64,000 bases of DNA, from contig MU057703.1 of the NCBI GenBank assembly GCA_013265495.1, positions 110,498-174,497 on the forward strand. Direction: 5' to 3'. This document shows, one piece after another, positions 1 through 11,662 of this stretch. The DNA is from Vicugna vicugna. Its lineage: Eukaryota. A model generated the notes under the pieces. It was not told where the DNA came from, searched no databases, and saw only the letters and a list, made by a program, of their open reading frames with translations. How positions within the stretch are numbered: position 1 is the stretch's first letter; each line of letters starts with the position of its first letter. The position numbers and the translations under genes were made by a program.

Positions 1-390
1 CAAATTCTTACTGTTTTGATATGGTAGAGAACCTGAATGAGGAGATGTAATTTAGGAGTGTTGTCACAGACGTCTTCTCTGAGAGATGGCATTTAAGATT
101 AGACTTAAAAACTCATAGAAAGCCAATCATATGAAGAACCAGAAGAGCCTTTTAGGAAAAAGGAACAGCAACTGAGTTGGCTCAGTTAAGGAACAGTATT
201 TAAGGAACAGCCAGCACGGTTGGAATATATTACACAAAAAAAACGAGTGGTTTGAGATGGAACAGAGAGGTAGAGAGGAACCAGGTCATATGTAACAGGA
301 ATAAAAAAGGACAATCAAACTATAATGCAAGGCCATTAGAGAATTTAGAATAGGGGAAGACTTAAATGGGTGGGGACTTTCAGACTGAGC
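1..390 (-). mobile_element. Ancient LINE-2 fragment (antisense)
   Basis: Purine-rich degenerate motifs typical of antisense L2 (gagatggcatttaag..., ggaacagca..., gagtggtttgagatg...). Recognised by eye; boundaries approximate. Confidence 0.55.
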
Positions 391-744
391 GGGCATCCTT
401 TGGTGGAATAATCTTGCTCCAACAACCGTGCATCTCCCATCAACTCTGTTGATCTCTTCTAAACACCCTTTCCAAAGAATTGTGGGATGCATAAAAAACT
501 TCAGCTGCTCTATTATTTTCAAGCCGTCCAATTGAACCACTGTAGCATCTTTTTCCTTTTGTAACTGTCATGACCTATATCCTATTTCTTTGGGTTCATA
601 CTAGAAATCTACCAGTCGACAAAGGAATTCTTGATAGTAGAGAAACTACCTACTTAACATAGAGTGACTAATAAAGTTGTAAAGAGCAATGGCAACTTAG
701 AAAAAGTTCAGACATTCAGGTAAACTGGGGAAGTATGGTGTCTT

Positions 745-1960
745 CTTTTATTGAAGTACAGTCAATTGCAATGTATCAATTTCTTTTTTTTAACATTTTT
801 TATTGATTTATAATCATTTTACAATGTTGTGTCAACAATGTATCAATTTCTGACATACAGCACAATGTTCCAGTCATGCATATACATACATATACTCATT
901 TTCATATTTTTTTCATCAAAGGTTATTACAGGGTATTGAACACAGTTTCCTATGCTATACAAAATAAACTTTACAAAAAATCTATGTTTATATATAATGG
1001 CTGACATTTGTAAATCTCAAACTCCCAAATTTATCCTTTCCCTCCCTTTTCCCCAATAACCATAAGATTGTTTACTAAGTCTGTGAGTCTATTTCTGTTT
1101 TGTAGATGAGTTCATAGTGTTTTGTTTATTTGTTTGTTTTTAGGTTCCACATAAGAGTGATATCATATGGTACTTTTATTTCTCTTTCTGGCTTATACCA
1201 CAACTTCTTTATCCAGTCATCTGTCGATGGGCATTTAGGTTGCTTCCATGTCTTAGTTATTGTATATAGTGTTGCTATGAACATTGGGGTGCATGGTATC
1301 TTTTCACATTACAGTTCCCTCCAGATATATACCCAGAAGTGGGATTGCCATCTCATATGGTCAGACTATTTTTAGTTTTTTGAGGAATCTCCATACTTTT
1401 TCCATAATGACTGTACCAAACTTCATTCTCACCAACAGTGTAGTAGGGTTCCCTTTTCTGCACATCCTCTCCAGCATTTATCATTCATGGGCTTTTGAAT
1501 GAAGGCCATTCTGACTTGTGTGAGGTGCTATCTCATTGTAGTTTTGATTTGCATTTCCCTGATAATTAGTTAAGTAGGCATTTTTTTCATATGCCTATTG
1601 GCCATTTGAATGTCTTCACTGAAGAATTGCTTTTTTAGATCTTATGCCCATTTTTGGATTGGGCTGTTTGTTTTTTTTTGTTATTAAGTCATATGAGCTG
1701 TTTATATATTCTGGAAATTAAGCCTTTGTCAATCACATCATTTGCAAATATTTTCTCCCATTCCATGGGTGGTTGTTTTGTTTTGCTTATGGTTTCGTTT
1801 TGTTGTGCAAAAGCTTATTTGATTAATTAGATCCCATTTGTTTATTTTTGCTCTTATTTCCATTGCCTAGGTAGACTGCCCTAGGAGAACGTTGCTAAGA
1901 TTGATGTCAGAGAATTTTTTGTCTATATTTTCTTCTAGATTTATCGTGTCTTGTCTTATA
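745..1960 (-). mobile_element. L1 3' UTR and ORF2 C-terminal part (non-inverted arm of a 5'-inverted L1)
   Basis: Typical antisense L1 text (ggttgcttccatgtcttag, tctcattgtagttttgatttgcatttccctgataatt, tttgcaaatattttctcccattc) with a T-rich tail at ~745. Confidence 0.92.
785..835 (-). mobile_element. 51-bp extremely 5'-truncated younger L1 3' end nested in the older L1, 16-bp TSD
   Basis: caatgtatcaatttct occurs at 769-784 and 836-851. The insert is nearly identical to the terminus of the L1 at 36160-36420. Confidence 0.85.
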
Positions 1961-3337
1961 CTCATTCTATAAAGCCACCATCACCCTGATATCAAAACCA
2001 GACAAAGACACTGCCAAAAAAGAACACTATCAGCCAATATCGTTGATGAACATAGATGCAAAAATCCTCAACAAAATATTAGCAAACATAATCCAACAGC
2101 ACATAAAAAAAAGATCATAAAGCATGATCAAGTTGGATTTATCCCAGGGACACAAGGATGGTTCAACATATGCAAATCAACCAATGTGATACACCAAATC
2201 AACAAAAGAAAAGACAAAAATCACATGATCATCTCAATAGGTGTAGAAAAAGGATTTGATAAAATTCAACACCCATTTATGATAAAACCCCTTACCAAAG
2301 TGGGTATAGAGGGAACATATCTCAACATAATAAAAGCTATTTATGACAAACCTACAGCCAGCATAGTATTCAATGGTGAAAAGTTGAAAGCCTTCCCACT
2401 AAAAATCTGGGACAAGACAAGGTTGCTCACTCTCACCACTTCTATTCAATATAGTCTTGGAAGTCCTAGCCACAGCAATCAGGCAAGAAAAAGAAATAAA
2501 AAGGACTCAGATTGGAAGAGAAGAGGTAAAATTGCCACTATATGCAGACAACATGATACTATATATAGAAAACCCTAAAAGGACCATAAAAAACCTACTA
2601 GAATTAATAAAAGAATTCAGCAAGGTAACAGGATATAAGATTAATGTACAGATATCAGTTGCATTTCTTTACATTAACAATGAATTAAAAGGAATCAATC
2701 CCTTTTAAAATTGCATCCAAAACAATAAAATACTTAGGAATAAATCTGACCAACAAGGTGAAAGACATATACAAAGAGAACTACAAAACACTAATTAAGG
2801 AAATTAAAGAAGACCTAAAGAAATGGAAAGATATCCTATGCTCTTGGATTGAAAGAATCAATATCGCTAAAATGGCCATACGGCCCAAGGCAATCTACAG
2901 ATTTAATGCGATCCCTATCAATTTACCCAGGCCAATTTTTACAGAACTGGAACAAATGATCCTAAGATTTATATGGAATCACAAAAGACCCAGAAGTGCC
3001 AAAGTAATATTGAAGAAAAAGAACAAAGCTGAAGGAATAACCCTCCAGACTTTAGACAATATTACAGAGCTACAGTAATCAAAACAGCACAGTACTGACA
3101 TAAAAACAGACATATGGATCAGTGGAACAGAATAGAGAGCCCACAAGTAAATTCACAGACCTATGGTCAATTAATCTTCAACAAAGGATGCCAAAAATAT
3201 AAAATGGAGAAAAGACAGTCTCTTCAGCAAGTGGTGTCGGGGAAACTGGATAGCAGCATATAAATCAATCAAGTTAGAATACTCCCTCACTCCATACACA
3301 AAAATAAACTCAAAACAGATTAAAGACAAATATAAGA
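1961..3337 (+). mobile_element. L1 ORF2 reverse-transcriptase region, frameshifted (inverted arm)
   Basis: ORF fragments 2186-2578, 2457-2708 and 2758-3078 translate to L1 ORF2 ([30 protein letters not shown], a decayed FADD motif; [29 protein letters not shown]). Multiple frameshifts; non-functional. Confidence 0.95.
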
Positions 3338-3349
3338 AATAGCTTCTTT

Positions 3350-3780
3350 CTTAAAACAACATTTATTTTCTCATAGTTCTGATTCCATAATGCCCGAATC
3401 AGTATCACTGGGTCAGAATCAAGGTCTCAGCATGGCCACCCTCCTTCCAGTGGCTCTAGGGTGAATCTGCTTCTGGCTTCTCCCAGATTCTGGGAGCTGT
3501 GGGGATTCCTTGGAAACATGGCTGCCTCACTTCAGTTTTCAAAGCCAGCATTCTCAAGCCTCTCTCTGCTCTGTCTTCACATGTCTGCTGCTCTATGCAT
3601 AGTCAAATCTCACTCTGCCTCCCTCTTACAAGGATACATGTGATCGCATTCAGGACCCAGCAGGATAATCCAAGATAATCTCCCCATCTCAAGATCCTTA
3701 ATCACCTCTGCAAAGACTTTACCATATAAGGTAACATTCACAGGTTCCAGAGATTAAAGAGCATTATCCAGCCTGCTATA
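3350..3780 (-). mobile_element. MaLR LTR (MLT1-type), truncated at the L1 boundary
   Basis: cttaaaacaac..atttattttctcatagttctg, aatcaaggt, ggataatccaagataatctccccatctcaagatccttaatcac, taaggtaacattcacaggttccag. Confidence 0.8.
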
Positions 3781-3784
3781 GTTC

Positions 3785-4310
3785 TGTTAGCCTTATCTGG
3801 GCTGCTTGAAGTCTGCCCTGTGTAGACATATTTCAGAAGTCAGTTTGACATTTGGTTTCTACTCTGGATTGAGGACTCTCTCTTTCTGTATCTCTCCTTT
3901 CTGAGGTTTTCCTCTCTCATTTTCTTTTTTCTGTCATTATCCAGAACTCTGTCCTCTGGTTCTTCAAGCCAGAAAGATTTTCTTTTTAGACTTATCACTT
4001 TATCTTCTGATTCTTCAAGGCAGGAAGGCTGTATTTATTTATTTTTCTATTTATATATTTCTTTTTGTTTTATCCATACTGTTTGGAACCTACTGGAACC
4101 TATCCTCAAGACCAAAGCTGAGTCAGATGGGAAACTCACTCGCTACCCTTCCTTTTACTGCATGTAGATATCCTGTGAGGTTCCACCTGCTTTTGGTTAT
4201 TTACCAGTGGTCCCAAGTAGTTTTTTTCTTTTTGCCAGAGCTTATCACTTACTTCTGTATGGAGGATAGTTCAACAGCAGTTATCCTTCTGTTACCAGAA
4301 ACTGAACTTC
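3785..4310 (-). mobile_element. Probable ancient L1 (L1ME-like) 5' region
   Basis: ccagaactctgtcctctggttcttcaagccag and the terminal ttaccagaaactgaacttcc resemble old L1M 5'-end consensus. Visual recognition only. Confidence 0.4.
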
Positions 4311-4324
4311 CATAACCTTCTTAA

Positions 4325-5000
4325 GAGTACATGAGACTTTCACCAAACATGCAAATCTTGCATTATAATAAACAAGCCTCAATAAATCACCAAAGGTTGA
4401 AATCTTTTTAGAATATTTGCCTGACAACAATAAAATTAAACCATAATTTTCAAAAAGAACAATAAATAGGAAAACCCAAAGTGGTTTCAAATTAAACAAT
4501 GTACTTTAAAACTATCTTTGGATCAAAAAAAAATGAAAAAAAGAGATTAAAAAATATTTGAGCTGAATGATAACAAAGATATAAAAACCTGTCAGGTATA
4601 CTAATGCACTACCTAGAGAATATATTGTAGTATTGAAGGCAAATACTGAAAAAGAAGAAGGGCTTAAAAATCAGTGACATATACTTCTATCTCAAGAACA
4701 GAGAAAAAGGAGACAAAATCAAAATTGAGTGAATTAAGAGGAAGGAAACAATAGAGTTAAGGGCAGAGTTCAATAAAATAAAAAAACAAACATATACTAG
4801 AAAAAAAAAAAGCCCAAATTTATATTTGAAATGATTAATAAGATTCCTAAGCTCTGGAACACTAAGGAAAAAAACACAATTTATCAAAAGTGAGAATGAA
4901 ATTTGGATTGTATATACAGATCTAGTAGATATTAACACATAATGAGGGATATTATAAATACTTTAAGGTCAAGAAATTTAAGTTAAATGGACAAATTCTT
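4325..5000 (+). mobile_element. Ancient L1 ORF2 (endonuclease/Z region) remnant
   Basis: A-rich degenerate L1 text (acatgagactttcaccaa, aacaagcctcaataaat, aaatatttgagctgaatgataac, aaatggacaaattc). Confidence 0.75.
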
Positions 5001-5839
5001 TTCTCTGTCCTTTTCCCCTTGTTTCTTTTGGTTGTTTTGAAAATAGGGTGTATATTTGATTAGATGACTTTTATAAAAATGCTGACACTCTACTTTTATT
5101 TAGCAAATAATTTTGTATTGTGTAAGTCTGCCCCTCATCGTAGGGGACTGTAAGCTGAGGTTTAATATCCAGTCTCTATCCTATTGGCGAGTTACTAGTC
5201 TAGAGCAGAACAAAGGTCTTCTAACACCCCATCCTACGTTCATCCAGATGGTGAAGGTGTCCATCATTTCAAGGTCACACTGAGGAAAACATAATTTTCA
5301 GTATCTGAAATGGCAGTGAAGAAAAAAAGGAAAGAATATGTTAATTAAGATTGTTGATGGAAGTTTATAATGATATCTGAGTGCCTTCTCTCTATGAATA
5401 ACAGAGATTGAAGCTACAATTTGATAACTGAATTGAGAATTGGCCCCTCCTTGTGAGTTCCATGAGTTGAAAGAATTTGGAGGACATTTTGGCTACGAAT
5501 GAAGGAGTAATAGGCCCTTTTGTTATATTACACATTGATTTTTTTTTATTACACAAATTGGGCAATATTAAAGGGAAATAGAGGACTCTATTGTAAAATC
5601 ACAGAATCTGTGTGAAGATATCCTTGCAATATTAGCATGTGGCTTTTCTGTAATTTCACCCTTTTGATGCACAGTAGTCACTGACAAAACAAAAAATTAT
5701 TCTAATCTTACTCTTCATTTCTGAAAAGATTGCAGTGATTCTGGGTAAGCAGCAAGCTGCAGCTGTTGACTGTATTTCTAAGTCTTTCATATTTGAAAAC
5801 TATCTGCCCAGCCTTCTTCCCGCCACATGGTGCTGATAA

Positions 5840-5889
5840 TGTGTGTGTGTGTGTGTGTGTGTGTATTTGTGTGAGTGTGTGTGAGTGTG
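5840..5889. repeat. (TG)n microsatellite, interrupted
   Basis: Direct reading of the sequence. Confidence 0.95.
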
Positions 5890-6869
5890 CGCACCCGCTC
5901 GCATCCTCTGCCTGCGTTCCCAATCGGCTATGTAAAAAGCTAGGTCAGTGGGCTGATGTGATCTTCTTAGAGATGCTGCAGGCTGGGTTTAGCATGACTG
6001 TCTTCCAACCAGTTTCTGCTGTGTTAAGTTTGCTTGAAATTTTGATGGGAAAAACCCTTTTCTTCTTTCTCTCCCCACCTCCCCACCTCCTTTCTTATAT
6101 CAGCAACTGTCCTCCTGGGAAGCCTGAAAGTGAGGAAATGGTGGGTGGAGTAGAGGAGAAAGAAAAGGAATACATGCTGGGGAAATCTGTACTGTTGCTG
6201 TTGTTTTTGTCTCCTCTCACTGAGATTTAATCACTGCTTGGAGAAAATTAGAATGTTTCAAGAATGAGGGCCGGTGCAGGGTGGCAGAAAGAGGGGAGGT
6301 GGCAGGAGGATTCAATAGTAGGGCCAAGGGGAGATTAACAATGTAATGCCCCCAAAATTGTGCTATGGAATTCTAAGAGTGGTTAGGGAATCAGAGCCAT
6401 CCAGGGAACAAGGCAAACTGTCCTAGCGTTTGTTTTGAAGATTTGCATCTAAGTTCTATAGCAGGCTGCCAGATAAGGGACATTCAGACATATGTTTCTG
6501 CAGTTTTCTTTTCCCTCACTTTAGAGACAATGTTTGCTAGAGGCAATCTGCCTCGCTGGCCACCCATTTGCATTTTGCTTTCTTTGTATCTCAGCAGCAG
6601 CCCTGGTTACCCTGATTCCAGTCTCTTGAGGCAGACCCCAAATTTACAAGCAAACGGAGTTTCAGCTACTAATTATGCGCTGCTTAATTTCCAGTTAAAG
6701 TGGCATGTTTCATATATGTTTATAAATGATGGAGAATGAGTACACTATAGTGTCAGTTCTGAAAACTTCAAAAGGCTGTGTGCTTCAGGGAGGAAAATGG
6801 GTAAGAACGCTACTAGAAGAGATACCAGAAAAATTTAATGTTTGTTGTGGTGGAAAAAATAATGAATGA

Positions 6870-7000
6870 ATAGCCCTAAGATCTGGGTTGTAGACTCAGC
6901 TTTGCCTCTAACTAGATAGGTGACCTTGAGCAAGTGAGAATGCCTGACTCTCTCCTTTGTAGAATAATGGGTGGAAATGGAAGGTTTTTAAGGTTCTTCA
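6870..7000. mobile_element. MIR SINE remnant
   Basis: ctcagctttgcctctaactagataggtgaccttgagcaagt is the MIR core. Confidence 0.65.
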
Positions 7001-9354
7001 AACCTTCATATTTTATAATGCACATAGTCACCAGTAAGTATATATTGGATGTCTTTTATATACCAAGCATTATATACACAACTAATTTTTTTATTACCTT
7101 TGGTTTCAAAGGAATACATTTCCTTGGCTACTTCAATTCCCTCAGTTGTGAAATGAGGCTAACAAAGATTCTCCTGCTTACTTAAGAACAACAGAGGGGG
7201 ATTATATCAGAAAACCATTTGGAAAATGTAAAATGTTTTGCAGCAGATACTTGTGATATATTCACATACATAAGAAAACATTTATTCCAGAAATGTATGT
7301 GGATATTTTGCTCTCTGAGATAATAACCAATAGCCTGGAGACAGTTTGCTTTATCTGAAAATATACGAGATGCCTATGACCAGGTACACATTCACCTAAA
7401 ACTGTTCCCAAGTTGTGTGTGTATGTGTGTACACTGACATACAAAGTCATAATTACATCAATAAATGCACAACGTAACATTGTCTGAATAGAGTAAGGAA
7501 TATGGTCCATGACAGCTTGACTATTTCATTCATCCCTGTATTTACAATGGTAATTATTTGTTGAATTGAATGAATGAATGAAGGTAGAAGAGATTTCTTT
7601 AAGCAATCTTTGCACTTCCGATTTCAACTCCCATGTTAGCCTCAATACTCGGATTTTTTTTTTTTTTTTTAATCTTGATTCTTTGCTTTCTCCTCACTGC
7701 CTAAATCTGGAGCAGGGTGTGCTGGAGTTCATTGTGACTCAAAATAACCTATGCTCAAGGATCAAAAGATGCTAGTGTTGATGTCACATGTTTCCTCTAC
7801 AATATTTTACTATCTTAAATGCTTTCCTAGTCTCTCTTTAATAAGTTCAATGTACTATTATTCTTGCTTCTTTCCTTAACACCTAACACACAGGATGGGG
7901 CACAAACTAAGTGTTCAGTAAAGACACTAAGTCATGAACAATGTGTCTAATTCAGTTGGACAACTGATGTGGGTGCCTGGGTAGAGGCACAAGACTAATG
8001 GGGACATTATGTAGAAATAAGACTGATGCGATTTTGAAAATTGTCATTACATTTTAGTTATTCCTATTCAGTGCTAAGGGGGTTCCTAACATGAGTCTTA
8101 TCTATTGTTCACTATAAATTATCTCTATGATCCCTTCTGGCTTCCAAATATGTTAATTTGATTCCTCCAGTTTCATGAAGAGAACATCTTATGAAGAGTC
8201 TGGCCTAATAGTAATAACCATAAGCACTCAGCTAAGAGCCTACGGTGTTCAGCATTTAATAACAATGTTGTCTTCTCTACAGTTGTCCAGTCACCCATGT
8301 GTGTCCTAAATTCTTTGAGGATGGGAGCTGTGTCATGCTCAGCACTAGTTAAGATAGCTACCTAATTTAGGTGGATGAAGAACTTGGCTATTTGTAGAAA
8401 GGAGACAGCCTATGAGGGAAGAAGGCTGCTTTTTTATATGGCATTAGAATGAGTCATCGCCCTACCCCTAATTTCACTTGTGATTTTTCTATGATTGAAT
8501 CTCGTTTAAGAAACCCCTTGAATTCCACAGCCTTCTGATTCCACCTGGACCAATGGCAGAGATGGAAGATCTTTGCCCTCATCCCCCTTCACCTAAAAGG
8601 CAGGTTTGGGATCACACAGCTGGGTTGGCTTATACATCCTCTGCGCCTCCGGGTTTGAGCACAAAAGGAATAATGGCCCGATATCAGTAGAAAGGGAACA
8701 GATTGATTAGTCAGTCTGGTGGTGACTGTTGGAAGACTCTTGTCACCAAAGGAACTACCTACGGCAAATCTTTCGTGCAGTTTGGTCTTAATTTTCTTCC
8801 TTTACTCTTTTTTTTGAGAGCTTATTATTGTGACGCTTTCCCATCTAAACACTGTCCCCACCAGGGGGTATTTTGGAGTCTCCCTGCTCTGCAGGATAAG
8901 CCGTTCAACCTTTTCTCCACATGAAACACTGCCATGTTACATTTAGGCAAAAACGGAACTTGAAACAAAATTCTCACGTCTTTTTTTTTCTTACGATTTT
9001 TTTTCCCTACGTACTTATATGTATTTTTCTAATTTACTTCATTCTTTACCTAAGTTCGTGCTTCTCTAACGAGGCACTCACTGCTCGTGATTTTTTCCCC
9101 TGTCAAATCTCCCAGAGCAGATGGTCCCTTCAAGGAAGCTCTGGAAAGTGCTGGGTGTCTGGTTCTGCCTGGCCCCTCCCTTCCTCTTGGGGGTCTTAAA
9201 TGACAGGTCCTCAAATCACTTTCCCCCCTCCTGGGGTCATTGATCCGGTGGCGGCAGGGTTTGGTTCCAGGGACTGCAGAAACCCTTTGCGGTTGGGTCT
9301 AGCCGCTACCCGGGTCCGCAGCGAGCCCGGGTCCTGAAGTGAGAGTGACATCCC

Positions 9355-9435
9355 GCTAGCCCAATCAGAGGCGTGGGTCTCTCTCTGGCGCCCGCCCCGC
9401 TTCCCCGCGGACCCAATAACCGCTCTTAAAGGCCC
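9355..9435 (+). promoter_or_regulatory. Core/proximal promoter: CCAAT (9361-9365), GC box (cccgcccc 9391-9398), CCAAT (9413-9417), TATA-like cttaaag (9425-9431)
   Basis: Motifs read directly, in conventional order and spacing upstream of the putative exon. ETS site gcggaagtg at 9521-9529. Confidence 0.7.
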
Positions 9436-9454
9436 GGCTTCTGGTGTCAGGCAG

Positions 9455-9589
9455 CCTGGGTGGGCGCCGCCGAGGCGAGGAGGGGCGCTGGGTGGGGAGA
9501 TGCGCTCCCAGGTGTTTGCAGCGGAAGTGGAAAACCTGTAGGTTATGGTCCAGCCGTGCCGCGCCGAGGCGAGCAGGAGCGGGGAACAG
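9455..9589 (+). other. CNTN1: Non-coding first exon, probably contactin-1 exon 1; start approximate, donor CAG|GTAGGA
   Basis: ...gccgtgccgcgccgaggcgagcaggagcggggaacag matches my recollection of the human CNTN1 5' UTR (gctgtgccgcaccgaggcgagcaggagcagggaacag). It lies in the CpG island with a good 5' splice site, and no coding exon is visible in the next 54 kb, as expected for a very long intron 1. Not database-verified. Confidence 0.68.
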
Positions 9590-11524
9590 GTAGGAAGCAG
9601 GACATTTCCCCCTTTTTTGCAGACAGAATAAAGAATGCGTATTTTTCTGCTGCCTTCGCCTCCCTCCCCCTTCCCCGAGCCCCGCCTCGCCCTCGTCACC
9701 CCCAGACCTCCTGTGGCGGCCGCAGCGCGCGTCAGGGGGTGCGGCGGGAAGGACTGGGTGCAGGGCGTGTGGGTGCCGGGAAGGAGGGGTGCGGGATGCC
9801 GGAGCCCGGGCTGACAGGCAGGGCAGGGCAGGGCGGCGGTGCCCTCGGGGAGGGGACCGAGCTCCCCGCTCCGTCTCTTCAACTTTCCTCTCCGAGGCTG
9901 AGGCCGCCGCCGCCGCGGGCGACTCGCCCAGGGGATGCCATGTCGACCTGGCAGGGGAGGGTCTCGGGGAGCCGACATGTCACAGCCGGGAGCCCGCGGG
10001 TCTTCCCAAACCCAGAAGAGCCTCTGCGCCTCCCAGCCTGTCCGCACGCACTGGTTTCCCCTCTCCTGCCTTCCTCTAGACTCTAGCACAACCCCGAAAA
10101 AACTGAGAATGATCGCGCTGAGGGGAAGAGGGACCTGTCTGTTCCCTGCCCCCTCGGTTAAGAACTAGCTCCCTTCGGGAGCTGGGAGTGGGAAAAGCCC
10201 TGCAACTCGCGGGGCATTTCTCCATTAATTATATCTCTCTCCACTGGGGAGACGCGGGCCCTTCTCCCCTGTCTGCGGCAGTCGGAGGTGGGGAGAGATG
10301 AGGAAGGCTTGGCCTCTTCTCTCCTAGCCTGGCGTAAATCTGTTGGAAACCACCTTCTCGCCTAGTTTCTAAAAGATGGGCTTATCCGCGAGGATTCCCA
10401 GGGAGTCAAGTAATTGCGCCGGGATGGGCTCCCAGCGGCTGCAAGTCAGCCTCCCTGGGTGACCGCATCTGGGTAGTAGGTGCTGGCTTAGTGCTGGTTC
10501 CTGCCGGAGTCAGATTGCTGGAAGCAGTAAGCAGAAGAATTGCAGAGAAATGCGACGCTGCATCACTCTCAGGGACTGATGACACCCTGCTTTGAAAATC
10601 ACTGAAAAATTCGGGTGATGGGAAGGAGGGAGAACGGGGAGCTGCAACCTCTTCTCATTTATTCATGACACATCCAGCATGGGCATTTGTACGCGTACTT
10701 GTGTGTGCACATCTCCAAGGTGGAGCTATATATAGCTCCTGCACACCCAGCCCTGTTTGCCTGCTGCTGAGCAGACTGCCTTGGCCTTCTGAAGCAATCT
10801 GGAAGCACTGAGTGGGAGGCGAAAGAGGGAATCAGATTCTCCATTGGGGGAAAAGCCAGAGAGGATGGACTCAGGCTGAGGAAACCTTGCATTAAATAAT
10901 ATTTATGTGATGCTCACGCAGATCAATATTTCCAAATGTTATTTTGTAATACATTCTTAGAGTGCTAGTTGATCTTTATGCATTTCCGTGCGTTTTTCAG
11001 CTTCACAGTGTCCACATGAACCTGAGATATAGCACGCATCAAGTAAATATGAGTCATATCTGGGATATTTTATTAAACGCCTAATGGTTTGCTTATGCCT
11101 GTACCTTTGTTGCTTGGTGGTAAATTTATTTGGGTAGCAACATTCGGGAATCTAGGGGAAAAGGATCCACCTATTTTATAGGGTATAGAACTAAGGAATC
11201 TTTAGAACCTTTGCAGGTAATTTTGATGTATTTCTTTGCACATATTTTACTTGTGGACCTGGTATTTAAACTTGTGTTGCTGTTTTATATCATATCGATT
11301 TGTACTACATGGGCTTTCTTTTATAGATTTATGTGCATTTATTGTCCCCATTGCCTGGAATTATTTAATCTTGAATTATTTAATTGAATTATTTAATCCC
11401 ACTTTCTTAGGTGAGAAAACTAAGATTTCGAAGACAAGTAATTCGCTTGAATTTCCCCCCAAATCCACTATTTCAACCCTAATATTCCAACAACCTGCTA
11501 TGCAATAAATCCTCCAATAGAATA

Positions 11525-11662
11525 CTTCAGTTTCCCATGGTTTTGGGTTCTGATGACGAAATTTGATCAATATTGATACCACTAACAGTATAGGCCAAGG
11601 TTATTCCGTTATTCTGACACTCAGTCTTATTTTGTTGCTTAACCATTATGAGTATGTCTGAT
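11525..11662 (+). repeat. 138-bp direct repeat, copy 1
   Basis: Ungapped match to 12109-12246, 14 mismatches by manual count. Confidence 0.95.

Larger units (their letters stand above)
9240..10620. promoter_or_regulatory. CpG island spanning promoter, exon 1 and start of intron 1
   Basis: Abrupt rise in GC and CpG density against an AT-rich, CpG-depleted background. Confidence 0.93.

Noticed and set aside
2186..3078. Reverse-transcriptase-like ORFs as a functional or novel RT gene
   Set aside because: Fragmented L1 ORF2 with frameshifts and a decayed catalytic motif (YADN instead of FADD).
9211..10168. ORFs of 292, 208, 96 and 77 aa across the CpG island
   Set aside because: GC-rich stop-poor sequence. 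They overlap on both strands, span the promoter and donor, and show no recognisable domain.
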